Shown: piece after piece, positions 48,594 through 62,054 of the stretch
Position numbering within the stretch: position 1 is the stretch's first letter
How the letters are laid out: every line of letters starts with the position of its first letter
NCBI GenBank assembly: GCA_964252035.1
Contig: OZ176202.1
Length of the DNA: 64,000 nt
Origin: Podarcis erhardii
Lineage: Eukaryota
Direction: 5' to 3' (one strand)
Position numbers and translations under genes: made by a program
The notes under the pieces: generated by a model
Told to the model about the DNA's origin: nothing
Database searches by the model: none
Seen by the model: the letters and a program-made list of their open reading frames with translations, nothing else

Positions 48594-51500
48594 TTACATC
48601 CAATCTTGAAGTGACACACTATGTCAGAGCAGCAAGATTCCTGCTCCTCATGTTGGACTGCTGCTATGGTGCTTCATCACAACAATCCTAATGAGGAATT
48701 GTGTTTTGTAGAGTTGATCACACTCCAAGCGTTTACACACTTTTTTCCTTGTTGGGTAGGACTTCAAATTGCCTTCTACACTATATCATTCTATATCATT
48801 GTCTGGTTGTGAACCATTTAGCACAGTTGAAAGCTGCCTCCAATACGAAAAGGCAGTATTTATCCTACAAGGCAAGGGTCAGTATGAGTGACTCAATCCC
48901 AATATTTATCTTTCACAGTGCAATTTCAGAACTAGAATAGGAACATCTGTCTATGAGTGAAATTGTTCATTTTGATAAGTGCTATTATCGTTTGCTTATA
49001 TCCCCTTAAATGCATACAAAATCCTGTAGCTGCCTCCTTTTGCTTTTCCCATAATGTCTCCTCCATTCATCTTGAGCACCAGGGCACCAAGCCTTTAGGG
49101 ACACTTGGCACCCAAGAACACTTCATTTCTGAATAGCACAAGACTGATATTAAGCAATGGTAATCTTAAACTCTATTGCTTGGAAAGTCGGGATAGGAAG
49201 ATTATGCTGTTTGGGAGGGAGTGATAAGGATAAGTCAGTGCTGTCCCATCTGACCAATGAGTAACAGTCCATTTCTGACTCAGATAATGGAAACAAACAT
49301 TCCAGTACACTTGCATACATTGCATCTGTGCACAATTAAACTTTTAAGGAAAATCTCCCTTCTTGCACAAGCACAATTCTTTCTGTATGTTCTTATGGTA
49401 TCTGATGGGTTGAAAATGAATAATGTGCCTGATTAAACTGTCTCAAGAATTTTTAAAAAATGAAATCAGATTGCAACACAGAACTGTCAACTTCGATCTT
49501 TTAACTGATAGGTGTACGAGTAGAGACCTCTTCTTAATCATGCTATATTTATAGTACAGTACCTGCATTTTTCCACTTTTACTATTCTACACAAGGAGTC
49601 ACACTTGATTCAAGTCTTGCACAAGAACAATTTGCAAATGTGGAATATATTATTGCTTTTATTACTATTGCTATCTGCTAAAGCTGTGTGTGCAAAAATA
49701 AGAAGTCTGAAGTATCTGTGCAAAAACTGCCTTTTTCTTATGGTGTGTGTGAAATGGGGTGACTTCTGTAAAATATTTAGCGCTTTGCATATTACAATCT
49801 TAAAACCTGTTAATCCTGTTTTCTGCACCTTACACCTATATAACATAGCATGCCAGCCACTAGACATCTTGAAGTACTTTTGACCTAATATTTCTGAAGG
49901 CTTAAACTGGGTCACAAATCTATTTATGTGACCAAAGATGTTTTGATATGATTTAAATATCAGGCAAATATTTTTATGATGTAAATGCACAAGCCTAGAG
50001 TTTTTAGAAGGTATGTTCAGGCACTTTGTCAAGAATCCAAAGAGAGCATCTCATGTTCCTAGACTTCTGTTCTAGGCTTGCACTAATTTTGTTGAATTCC
50101 ACAAAAGTCAAAGCCCCTTTTAATCTCGAATCCCCTAACCGTTGTGGTTTTCATTTAGTTTTCTAAAATAAATAAAAACATTTGGAATAGATTTTAATAC
50201 ACATGAAGTGCAAACTCTAAATGTGAGCTTGAGTAACTCATTCTGTTTTTAAAAAATCAAAATAAGCTTCCTAATGGTAAATGTAATGGTAAAGCATCCT
50301 ATAGCCACCTTCTGCACCCCAAACTTGCTGCATTGGATGTGGAGGGGATGGGTAACTGTGTTTACATTAACAGATGTGTGCAAATGAACATGTTTATAAA
50401 ACCTCATTGAAGATGCGGTCTGCTAGCCACCAGCACTTCCGAGTAGGGCAATAGACAAGAGACATTCTTTGGGGGCTCGTCTTTGCCAGGCTTTCAGTGT
50501 TCTGCTTAACATGGCAGCCCTTTGAGCAGAAATAATCTCTGCTTGTAAGGAAACAATCTTATGCACAGGTCAGCATTTGGATAACATCACACTACTTGTT
50601 GATACTTGTCCAATGTGATATCAATTTACAAGAAGAAGAAAAAAAGGTTTTGTATACTTACTGTGAGTTCATGTTGTCCTTGAGAAAGCATTGCACCACT
50701 TTTTCTTAAGAAGGAACTCTCACTTCTGCAGCTTTTTAATTAAACAGTTTAGTTAAATCTTATCTTTCCAGTTACACGTTTTTGAATATTTCTTCCCAAA
50801 ATCTAAGTGAGAAGTTTACATTGCATTTTGACAGTGGGTGTTCAGAGCTCTGATATCAGCAAGCTGCTCTGATCACTTACAGAATTCTTAGAACATTCAA
50901 AAGCAAAACTTCATTGCAGCATATAAAATAGGTTGAATATCACATGATTTGTGCTGTGTAATGGTAAAGCATCCTATAGCCACTAGAAATGTACCAAAGT
51001 TGGGGAAAGAGACATCTGCTAGCTTGGTGATAGTAGCAAGGCATTACAGTAATTCATGCTTACCAAATATTTACTGGTGTGCCTATTTAACTATTCAAAG
51101 CACATTACTGTTGATAGGGAGTCTTCCATGGATATTGCATTGTTCTAAATGGGAGCAAAGCACTTGCATAAAGGCGCATGATGGTGCATTTTGGCATAGA
51201 GGCCACAGAGTACTCAGTGTTGCACCTCAGTCTACCTGTATGGTACAGAATGTGGTATTAGCTGTAGAACTCAGCTTAATTTAAGAAAACAAACAAACCT
51301 TTTGTGCCTCTTAAACTAGCTTAAAGCATGTAGGCAATGCTTGGTGGAGCTCAAAAGCCAGAGGCAGTATTATATGTAATCTCTAGTTTGGGGGGGAAGG
51401 GAAGCATTAGTGCCTACTGTTCTCTGAGTAGCAGAAAGAATGTTGTAAAGTAAGTTGTTGATAGCTCCACCTCCTTTCTATATCTTTTAACCTTAGCAGC

Positions 51501-53275
51501 ATAATTGTATAACTTGACTTCCATGCATGGTTCTTGAGAAGTCACTATTGTCCAGAGAAGACAAGTCCAACAGCAGTGACCCCCTTTCTCCCTTTGAAGT
51601 TCATTCAACTCCTCTCTTAGAATTGTCACTCTTAAATTTGAAGGGTAAATGAAATATGGTTTATTCCCTGGCTTAATTTCGTGTTTTTCTCAAACTGCAC
51701 AGGGACCTTACTGCTCCCTGATGTGCGACTGAAGGGCTGATGCCTTCCACTGTAGAATATTTAGTTAAAATCCCTACACTATAAGGGCTGGGAAAGATCT
51801 CTGCTATGTGCTTGGACAGCTGCTGCCAGTCAGGAATGATGGCCCTGGTGTGTGAAGCCTTTATATTTGGATTTCTAAGCTAATATTCTCCCTTAACAGC
51901 CTTGTCGTGAGAATTTTGACATGATTGCCAAGGCTAATGATAGTTACAGTCCCAAGACACCAGAAGGGCCAGGATGGAGTAGGCTGGCCTAATTGGAGGG
52001 TTTCCTGAATGATGGACAAGAACCATGTTCTGGCTCCCCCCCCCCCACCTTCATTTTGCTGTGGTGTGTCCTCTAGTTGAAATGAAGGGTTCTGTAACAC
52101 TATACATACATGTGTGTACATGTACAATCACTGTTGTTTTTCATACGTCTGTGTTGTCCACTAGCTCTCCAGGATTAAGAACAATTTCTTCTCTTGGAAT
52201 ATTTTTTCTTCCTGAGAACTAGTTGTCTCAACTTGCTTCTATGTCCTATTCTTTGTTCCCAATTTACTTGCTCCCACATAAACAATCCGCCTTAAGTTTT
52301 TAACCATACTTGGGGATGGTCAAAAGTTAGTTATGAAACTTTGGCCTTCCCCAATCTTGAGTCTCCAAATACTGTTGGACTACAGCTGCCATCATCATTC
52401 CTGACCATTGGCCTGCTGGCTAAGGATGATTGGAAATTGTAGTCCAAAAATATCTGGTAACCCAAAATTGGGGAAGGCTGACCTAAAGGATCCTTGCCAC
52501 AATAAAGCTTGAGACCTATTGTATATATGAGATGAATAAACTGAGCCAGCAGCTGTAAAATGAATGCTTAGGCTATATATCCAAACCGCTTGCTCACAGT
52601 ATATAACCCATGACATACTGGCAACAGTTGGTGTCCTTGCATCATCCTAGTTGTTAACCCTGTTTGGGACTCTTGACTGCTTCTGTATTTTTGGCTCCTG
52701 GTTGGATGTGGCTCTTTAAAACCATACAAGTTCTAAAATATTTCCCACATTAAGGGCATAGTCTGCTGCCTAAGAGTTATATAGTGCACTCCAATTCTCA
52801 TTGTTCAGTTTAGCTGTTTTCCTGCTTAGCATAAGTTCATAGGTGCATGAGCAGGTAATGAGACAAGGCAGTTTGGGGAATGTGTAGCCTGCATATTCCT
52901 TCCACATCCAGCCTGTGCCACCCTCTGCATCAACACTAACTAGGAAGATGGGTCTCCACTGAACCCTTTTGGAATCCAACATGTGTTGCCTGTGTCTATT
53001 TAGGCACTAGAATATGTACTATATATTTCTAAATATTTTTGGAAGAAAATATATGTTGATAGTTTTTCTACTTTGTACACCAAGTTTTTAATACTAAATC
53101 CAATTATTTGTGTGTAAAAGCAAAAGCAATTGTCTACTTTGATTTGCTCCAATACAGTGCTCAGGATCTGTTCTCTGTTCTCATCCTTGCTTTTTTGACA
53201 CAATTTTTGTTTTCTAAAGCTTTAAAGTGCTCTTTATATTTTGTATAAATAAAATTTGTAGTCAATACATTGTGT
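48594..53275 (+). other. RAB32: RAB32 3' UTR with candidate proximal (50167-50176) and distal (53248-53253) poly(A) signals
   Basis: Overlapping AATAAA hexamers at 50167 and 50171, and AATAAA at 53248 followed by GT/T-rich sequence. Which signal is used is unknown. Confidence 0.4.
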
Positions 53276-54364
53276 TTCTCTTCTCTTCAGTGGGAGTCAA
53301 GAATTATCCCATGTGGGTTAAGTACAGTACTGGGAGATGATGTTTTGGTAGAAACGGAGTGTGGATTAACAAACATCCGAAGTAACTGAGTAATTCATTT
53401 CCCCAGAAGATCCATTATTCCTTTAAGTTCTAGGAGGCTTCATGAGCTTTCGTTGGACAGGTTTTAGAAGATGCAATGATCTGTACATTCCCTGCCTGCC
53501 CTGTAACTGCAACTGATACTGTAAAAAAAAAAACCCAAGCAAGTCAAACAGTTCATAGGAATGAGTCAGACCCAAATCTCACCAGTCTTCATAAGAGAAC
53601 TGGATAGGCTGCAGCTCTCTGCTGTGTACATTCAAGGCTGGTCCACATATGTAGCAGACCAAACCTGTCCTACATGGGACTGCATATTTCAGACTTGTTT
53701 CACTCCCCGCCCCCCAACACTGCTATGTTAAACCTCTCTGCAAACAGAAAGCCAATGCAGTTGGACAAAAAATCTTTCTCTCCAATGCATTGTCTTCTGC
53801 TTGCAGGATTTTTTAAAAAAGCAAGTAGTGCATTCCATTCTGCTGTATGTATAGACCAGTCCTTCAGACATAGTCCAGCTGGAGGGCCACAGGATCCCCA
53901 ATCCTTGCAAATCTGAGTTACTTGAAAATCTGTTGCATTTGAATCCCAAACTCCTTCCCCTGTAATGTTTTCTTTCCCTTATCTTGTTTCCAAGAACTAT
54001 TTTGCTTTTACTCCTGTTTCCTTGAGCGTGTGCCTCACTGCTTGTACTGAGCACAACAATTGATCTGGTAAGGTACTCCCAGGGCAGGCCCAAGACATTT
54101 TGGCACCTGATGCAAACTGCAAAGTGGTCTCCTTCCCTGCCAGGAAAGAAGAGGTGAGTGAAGATCTACAACAAGAATAAGGGTGGGGAATAAAAATATA
54201 CCTAGGGATCTGCTGACCCTGCAGATCCTGCTACCTGAGGTGGTCACCTCACCTTGCCTCATGGGTGGACCAGCTCTGGGTACTCCAGTACCATTATTCT
54301 GTACTGTAGATCATACATACATGGGGGCAGGATAAATTTAAGAGTGGCTTCTGATACCCTTGTA

Positions 54365-54691
54365 TAAGGTAAAGGTACCCCTGACAGTTAAGTCCAGTCG
54401 CAAACGACTCTGGGGTTGCGGCGCTCATCTCGCTTTACAGGCCGAGGGAGTTGGCGTTTGTCCGCTTCCATAGACAGTTTTTCTGGGTCATGTGGCCAGC
54501 ATGACTAAGCCGCTTCTGGCGAAGCCAGAGCAGCACATTGAAATGCCGTTTACCTTCCCACCAGAGCGGTACCTACTTATCTACTTGCACTTGGATGTGC
54601 TTTGGAACTGCTAGGTTGGCAGGAGCAGGGACCAAGCAACGGGAGCTCACTCCGTTGCGGGGATATGAACCGCCGACCTTCCGATCGCGTC
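54365..54691 (-). mobile_element. Sauria SINE with a deletion in the tRNA-like head
   Basis: Body homologous to the other two copies; the head jumps from GGGACGCG to ATCGGAAGGTCGG; CCCTTGTA flanks both sides (54357-54364, 54692-54699). Confidence 0.85.
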
Positions 54692-54929
54692 CCCTTGTAG
54701 TCGACTAATATTGCCACATTAATAATAGAAAGACATCACAACTATTCCGTCTCGAGATCTTCTACTTCTCAGATTAGGCTAATGTTAACAGATAAATACT
54801 TGCTTTCAGTAACTCCTCTGGACAAATAACTTCAGCATGTGTCTTGCCTCCAGCAGAAAAGATCTACAACGTTGAGTTTTTCAAATTGTTTTATTTCTCG
54901 TGCATTATATATGTTTAAGTTGAACTCCG

Positions 54930-55436
54930 TCCCGCCACCTAAATAAACACTAATGCAGATTTGAAGAGCCGTCCCCTTCTCACTTTGTATTTATGAAGAT
55001 ATTCAACATGTTATCAAGATATGAACAGGCAGCGGAACTCCGGCTTTGTTCACTCGTCGGGCTTTTCGCCCAACAGCGTAAAAATACAAAAGATAAATAA
55101 AAACAGGAAGCAAAGAGGCGCGTTTTTATCTCTATGGACTCAGGCAGACGTCCGTCTACCCGGCGGCAGCTCTATGGTAAAGAACATTCCCTATCTACAG
55201 TGCTTTGGAGGGAAGGTTCCGGAGCGGAAGTGATGATTGCGAGGCTGGTGTGGGCGAGTCAAACTTCCCGTGCTTTTTATTGTGCCGGAAGTACGGGACG
55301 CGTATCACTCTAAGCCCGTTTCTATCTCTGCGGCTGAGTCGGCGTCTCTTAGCAACGAAATGGACGCCGACGCTGCCGACGCCTGAGGGAGGCGAGCTAT
55401 TGCGGCGGCGCTGAAGCTCGTCTAAGGGAGCCTGGC
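54930..55436 (+). promoter_or_regulatory. ADGB: ADGB CpG-island promoter with ETS sites and an RFX X-box-like motif
   Basis: CpG-rich; CGGAAGTG at 55225-55232, CCGGAAGT at 55285-55292, GTCTCTTAGCAAC at 55344-55356. Confidence 0.7.
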
Positions 55437-55510
55437 ATGTCGAAGTTAAGCAAAAAGAAGGAGCCGGTGAAGAGCAACAACGTTCTCCAGACGCCCTTCC
55501 CCGTTAAAGA
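55437..55510 (+). CDS. ADGB: Androglobin coding exon 1
   Basis: ATG in the CpG island, MSKLSKKKEPVKSNNVLQTPFPVK(D), resembling human MASKQTKKKEV...KSKD; donor GA|GTAAGG, phase 2, joining exon 2 in frame. Confidence 0.8.
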
Positions 55511-56389
55511 GTAAGGCTCCAACACCCTCCGCTTCTCAGGCGACCCCCGTTCCTTACGGGTTGCGCACACCTCGCCGCCTCTTTCAGTGCATTTCTGTTT
55601 CTAAGGTTAAGGACTCGCACCTGGAAGATGTGAAGCGATAACAGCGGGAAAGAGTGTTTCTGGGCGCGTGCAGAGTGCGCTATCCTTGCCAAAGCAGTGT
55701 CTGGGGTCTAGGGAAAGGTTGAGCGTATTATGATCAGTTTTTTTCTTTCCAGCTGCAGTTTAGCTAGATATAGCCATCAGCTGCTCAAGTAAATCTTGCC
55801 TGAGCTAAATGTCCTTGATTCTTGTTTCTAGGCCACATGCCGTATCTGCCACATGTACTTTGCGGCTGTCGGTGGCCTTGTTTTGATGCTTGAGGACCTG
55901 CTGCACCTGGGATTGGCTGGGACTCAAAACCTTAAATGATTCTGCGTAGATTGTGCATTTATTATCTCTCCCTTCCTTCAAGAACCTTGGGAAGGAGCTC
56001 ATCGTGTGACATACACACTTCCCTTTCCCAGTCCTTAACAACAGGTACAGGAATTGGCCTCGGTGAGTGTGAAGGCTGAGCAGAGACTGAAGCTGGGCCT
56101 TTCCACTGCAACCATCCTTCCACTTTCTACTTTTCCTTAAAAAAATAGGTACTGTATCTTAGAAGTGTCAGATATTTTCCTTGTCTGGAATATGCAGACT
56201 TGCTACAGAAGTGTTGCTCTGCTCCCAGAAAATGTAGTCTGGATGGAATCCAACACAGGCAGGTTAGAGGCAGCGAGAGCAGTAGGGGTCAAGTAGAGTC
56301 AGCCACACTTAAAAGCAGTAGCTGTGTTTCCTTGTTTGCAAAGATGTATATTAAAGGCAGCATATAAATTAGGAAGGAAAGGCTCTTAA

Positions 56390-56690
56390 CTTCAATGAAA
56401 TTGACTGGCAGTAGGCTTGGGACAGATGAAAGGAAGGACTATTTCACTCAAAACATTATTAACTTGCAGAATGTATTACCACAGAATGCAGTGATGATTG
56501 CTAGCATTGGTAGCTCTTTTATTACTAAAATTCATGGAGGATATGTTTATCAGTGGCTATTAGCTTTAATAGCTAAGAGCATCCTCCATGTTTGAGGAAA
56601 GTATATCTTTGAATATTGGACACTGAGGAATTATAAACAACAGGGAAGAGCTATTGCTTATACCCTCTGCTTGTGGATTCCAGGAAGTAT
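56390..56690 (+). mobile_element. Degenerate CR1 3' fragment in ADGB intron 1
   Basis: aaattgactggcagtagg...gggacagatgaaaggaaggactatttcactcaa...attcatggagg, typical of the CR1 ORF2 end. Confidence 0.65.
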
Positions 56691-57577
56691 TCCAGGAAGT
56701 GGATTCCAGGATGAACCTTTTGTTTAATGCAGCAGGGCTTTTTATGATTTCAGAACACTTGGGGATATGTTTTGGGAAGATAAGGTTAACTGCACCTCTC
56801 TGTGTCTGCTGCATGTTTGCAAACAGGCTTTCCTCTTCACATGTTATGTGCACCCTGTTGGTACACAGCAGGCATACCTGCCGTGGTTAAGAGCGAATTC
56901 ATACAAAATATGGAAGAACTGTCATCAGTTAGTGGTGTTGAATGAGTGCTATTGAGATTCTGGGTACAGTACCAAATTGCTGGGTGTTGTACTGTCTCTT
57001 TGGTTTAGTAAGCCTTGGATTTTCTTTGTCTTCAGTGATGTCTGTTTGCCTCTCTCACCACCGCTCCCCCTAATCAACTAAAAGAGGAGATGCCACATCA
57101 GTCTCCAGGAACTTCTGAATGAGCATATCAAGCCGTTTCAGCTGTTTCCTGGTAACTGGGAATTAAATATATCCGAAAGGTCTCATACTTTTCTTGAGCC
57201 TTGAATACTAACGTCTTCTGATATAGAAAAAAAGGAGTATAAGACTGCTTGTGTGGCCAGAAGACATGTCATGCCTACCTGAGAACTAACCATATTTACT
57301 ATTTTTTGGAATGGCTGGAACAGAATTTCAACAGGAGTTGGCTAAACCAGTAGCTGATTGGTAATAATAGCTGTGCAGGGTCATGCTAAAGAGCCATCAA
57401 TTCTAGCACTGTGGATTTGATGGTGGCTAGCCACATGCCCCAACACAAGATAATGGCAGCTATTCTCAGCAACTGAGAAGTGTCACATACACTTACAGCC
57501 ATCATGGTTAGTGGCCACTGATAAGCAAGTCTTTGGGGTATTTATCCACTTTTATCCAATTCATTTATTTACTAATA

Positions 57578-57634
57578 CAGTGGACGCTCAGGTTGTGAAC
57601 GTGATCCGTGCGGGAGGCACGTTCGCAAACCGCA
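57578..57634 (+). mobile_element. Truncated Tc1/pogo MITE terminus
   Basis: TA-CAGTGGACGCTC start like the other MITEs, with an internal inverted repeat. Confidence 0.6.
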
Positions 57635-59967
57635 TATATAATTGTCTGCTTTCCAATTTTATTTTAAAAAGTAGAGCACACCCCACAGCTGGGCTCTATA
57701 TATGTCCTGGGTCCCTTTCAAGTTCAGCAGGCAGAAGTTTCCAAGCTCAGTTTCTTTGTTATAGATGGACTGTTTTGCTGTCTTGTCTAATATGAAAGTG
57801 GGGAAGAAACCCTTAAACAAATAACCTAATGACAACAACAACCAATCCTGACATTGTTCTGCAGACTGACCTTAGTCAAGTCACTGCTTATATATCCCAA
57901 AGGATATATATATGAAGTCTTTTATGAAGCTGTACTCGAAATAGTGTCAGGTCAGAGCAGCATATCTCTCTTCTACTTTGACAAACCACCAGCTAAGCCT
58001 TCTGGCCCCAGCTGTCAGGAAATATTTAAGTTTAGTTACTGCTGAACTGTAGATAGTATTTAAATCAAGAGGTTGATGGCAGCTTGTTGTCTTCTATTAA
58101 GTGATATTTTTAACTATAAAACTTTCAAAGAGGTCAGTTTCTTTCTCCTAGCTTGTTGGTATACATCTGTATGCATAATATTGAATATTTAAGTCTGTAT
58201 GTTAAAAATAAAGCACCTGGAAAATATTAGGAAGCCTTCCTGCTTTTTAAAATTGGACTAATGAACATGCTTTTTCCATAAGTCTGAAAAGCACCAAATG
58301 CTGTAACCTTTCCTCTTAGAGATGTGGTTCCAGCCCTATGAACATTTGGTTGCCCTTTTCCACACATTTCCCAGCTCTACAGTATGTCTTTTTGAAGTAA
58401 ATAAAGACACAAACTGTTATCTAAGGAGCTGTCACTATTCAATATAATAAGAGGAAGTGAATTACCACCACCCTACAGACTATTACACAATGGGAAAATA
58501 TTGGAAAATCTTCTTGTCTGCTATCTTGCACTTCACCAGCTTTGTTAATTTCTCTTGATGTTTGCCTTAGAGGTACAATAATGAAGACATGTTGAAGAAA
58601 GTAATTACTATGGTCTTTATAGACATTTTATGGAAATATTTTTTTATAGTAGGTACTTAGAAACTAGTCTGAATTCAACTAGTAAAATTTAATTGTTGGT
58701 ACATTTGGGTTATTTTTTAGTTTTGTTTTTTATTAGTTACTTGCTACCAAGGTCTTCAAGGGACTTACATTTAGGAACATAAACATAAATATATTATACT
58801 GTTAAAAAAATCATATAAAACATTAGCATTCTCATACATTCTCCATACCTTCTCATGCAGACACCTACAATTAATGCACCCTCCCATCCCCTGGGTAACA
58901 TCTGCAGGAAACTTTCAGCAGCACACTAGAAGCAGAACAAAATCAGCTCAGCTTTGTAAAAAGTCTTCACTTAGCACCAAAAATATGTCATGCAGACCTC
59001 ACTGGGAAAGGTATTCCACAGATGGGAAACCACAACTGAAATGGATATTAAGATTCCATTGACAGCTCCTCAAAGGGTGAGGTGGTAGGAATGTAACAGC
59101 AGTGCAAGATCAAAGTTTACTTCTCTGTGCAGGTGCAGACATTTAGTCGCAGCCCCAGTGAACATTTATATTATGTAAAGGATTCATTTGAGCTTGGTGA
59201 AGGGGTGATGTGCACTGTTTGTCAATAAGGCACCCTTGATTATCAGACTGGCACAACGTTGAACAAACAATCTCACTTTGAATGTCAAAGAGCTCAGAGG
59301 TACATGGCTCTTCAATTAGATGCTACTACTAGTAGAGTTTTCACTATTTCTCTGCCAACTGGCTTGTAGGCTTGGACAATAATGCCCCCCTTATTATTGG
59401 GGGTCATTTGTCTCCCACAAAAGTTGCATGCATTTTTTTAAGACTGGAGGGGGAGCAGTGTGTGTTTCAGGTGGGTTTCCTGATTGTAGAGCATTGTGAT
59501 TTGTCTTATTGAAACAAAACAAAAAAACAACTTGCTGCTACTTCAAGTAGTGGCAGAGCTACAATAAGCAGCAACCCAACAGCGTTCTTCCTTGTGAATG
59601 ACCAATGGGAATTGCATTTCATCATAGCATCTTTCCCAGGGTCATTCTAGGGAAAATAAAGATTTTTAAAGAAATGCTGTTCCCATTACTACAAGACTCT
59701 TGTTTTGGTTGTAGAAATGATAATTGTTTATACTTTTTCTGAGGGACTGTGAGCTGTGTCAGTCATAAGGCACATATAATAAGCTGCTCAAATGATGTAT
59801 TTCTTATCTCTTCATTTTATTTGTAGTGATAGTACCTGCATGGGGTTCAAAATGAAGATATTGTGCTTGCCAACAGTATGAAACTGAAATTAGAATAATA
59901 AAATTTGGAAGTTGATTACCATGCAACTAACAGCTAGTTCTCTTCTCGTGCTCACGTTTTATTTCAG

Positions 59968-60145
59968 CCTTTGGGGTATTACTGGATCAGTCTCTAGTGT
60001 GAACCCTCAAGGTCCTTTGGGTGAGTCTAGGAAACCAAGATTTCCTATCTGGCCAGAATGGAATGAAGCAGATATCAATGTAGAGAAGTGGGATGCAGGA
60101 AAAGGTGCAAAGGAAAAAGATAAAGCTGGAAGAAGTCCTATTTTA
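59968..60145 (+). CDS. ADGB: Androglobin coding exon 2
   Basis: Acceptor gttttatttcAG; LWGITGS...KPRFPIWPEWNEADINVEKWDAGKGAKEKDKAGRSPIL matches human FPLWPEWSEADINSEKWDAGKGAKEKDKTGKSP; donor TTA|GTAAGT, phase 0. Confidence 0.93.
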
Positions 60146-62054
60146 GTAAGTTTTATGTAGTAATCAGAAAAGTTCTTTCAGATTCATCAGTATTTGAAAA
60201 TATGTATAACACTGTGTCTTCTTAAGCACACCTTTTAAAGATTCATCATTGAATGAGTGCTCGCCATTCTAGTAAGGCAATGAGGCTTTTCATTAAACTA
60301 ATATTAAAATTAAAAGTGCTTAGCTGTTTCTGAATCATACCTTAGCTGAAGCATTGCCAACTAGTGGTCACATTTTGCATTTTAAGAGAGGCACCAGTGT
60401 GGGCACCAGTCATAACACAGCTGCTGGTGGAAGCCAGCAAAAGGACTACCGCAGTGGATATCTTGGCACCCTCTCCTCCCTCTGTGTGCCCTCACGCCTC
60501 CCCTGAAACCACCAGGAGAACTCCCAGAGGATGTAGAGGAAGGGGAGCACTTCACTGATAGAAGGACCTTGTTCGCATGTTCTGATCAGGATTGTGCAAA
60601 GTTACCTCTCTGCTGGTATCTTTCACTAAGAAGAATGCTCCCTGTTGCGGAGGCTACACTATGGTGATGGTGCCAACTTTGCCTAGGTGGCCAGACAGCT
60701 ACTGCTGGAGGTTTTCCCACCAGCAGTAGAAGGAGAAAGTCTGTAAATGAGGCATTTCTGAGAGGGATCACCAGTAACTTTGGATATGCTGATAGGGTCC
60801 AGCCAAAGTTAAGCACTTTTTAGCTGAACTGCTCAGATGTGTGTACATCTGTGTTATAACCTATATTAAAATCAGTAAGATTTAAAAGTTGAGCTCCCCA
60901 ATTTTTGGCTGACCTTCATGGGCAACCAAAATATTGTGATCTCTGGGATCATACACCCTCCCCTAAGGGCCAAAGTCTTGTAACTGCTGTGCTTTGAAAA
61001 CCCAGTGTGAGGCTCTCAATGATTACTATCTGCTGTTCTCTCCCACTCCAAGCTATGAGCTGGAAAGCATTGAGAGGGATTTTACACATAGTAATAATGA
61101 GCTCCCACCCCTCAACAGCTCCATGCAGAAGGGGTAAAGAGCCTTGTGCAACTCTGTGCTCACCAAGTGTTCCAAGTGACTGGCAAGCACAAAGCCAAGC
61201 CAACATCCTTCTTCCTCTATCTCTGAGCTGTAGGGTGGAGGCAGAGACTTGTTTTCCAGTGCTTCCTCTTCTCTTCTCCCTCCACCTGCAATAGTTCCAG
61301 GACTGAGAAGAAGCCTGAGACCCATCACACTTCCCAGAGCTATCTGTGTACTTATCAATATGTGAGCAGCAAACAAAATAGTTTACTCCTGCTGAAAAGT
61401 ATCAGACTTTGACTGGCACATGCCCCAGATTAATGATGATGATGATGATGATGCTGGTGTTGATGATATATTTCTGAATGGCCTTTTATATGCGTCTCAA
61501 GGCAATTTACAAACATCATAAAACAGCGAAAATAATTTTGTGGACTGCACAAAGAATAGAAGATAGGTTTTAAAACAATGCAACATAAAACCCTAAGGCA
61601 TCTGGAAAAGCTTGTCAAAACAAAAAACGTCTTCAGTTATTTCTGAAAGTATAGATAGTTGGTGTCCTGAGTTACTGTGGAGCTATTTATGTTTTTCTAA
61701 TGCTAGTCTTTTAATTCTAGTCTCTACAACACACATTGTTGCTTTCCTTATATGATTGTTGTTATGCTATCTATAAAAATTCAGAATTAAAAATAATTGA
61801 TAGTTTCCATTTCATACAAGTGTTTTATTTCTCTCAGTTGTTTAAGCTTTCATTTTTGATCACTATTAGAATATTAGATATGCTACTAAAAAAAAAGACT
61901 TGCAAGTGAAAAGTTTGCAACTTTTATTTGAATTGTGTGTAATAATAATAATAATAATAATTTATTATTTATAATTGTAATTGAATCTCTTCAGGATAAG
62001 CATATTATATATAGAGAGAGAGTGTGTGTGTGAGTAAATGAATGCTTTTTACAG

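Noticed and set aside
57591-57630. CpG-rich 11-bp stem-loop in ADGB intron 1 considered as a novel ncRNA
   Set aside because: It begins TA-CAGTGG like the pogo MITEs here; best explained as a truncated MITE terminus.
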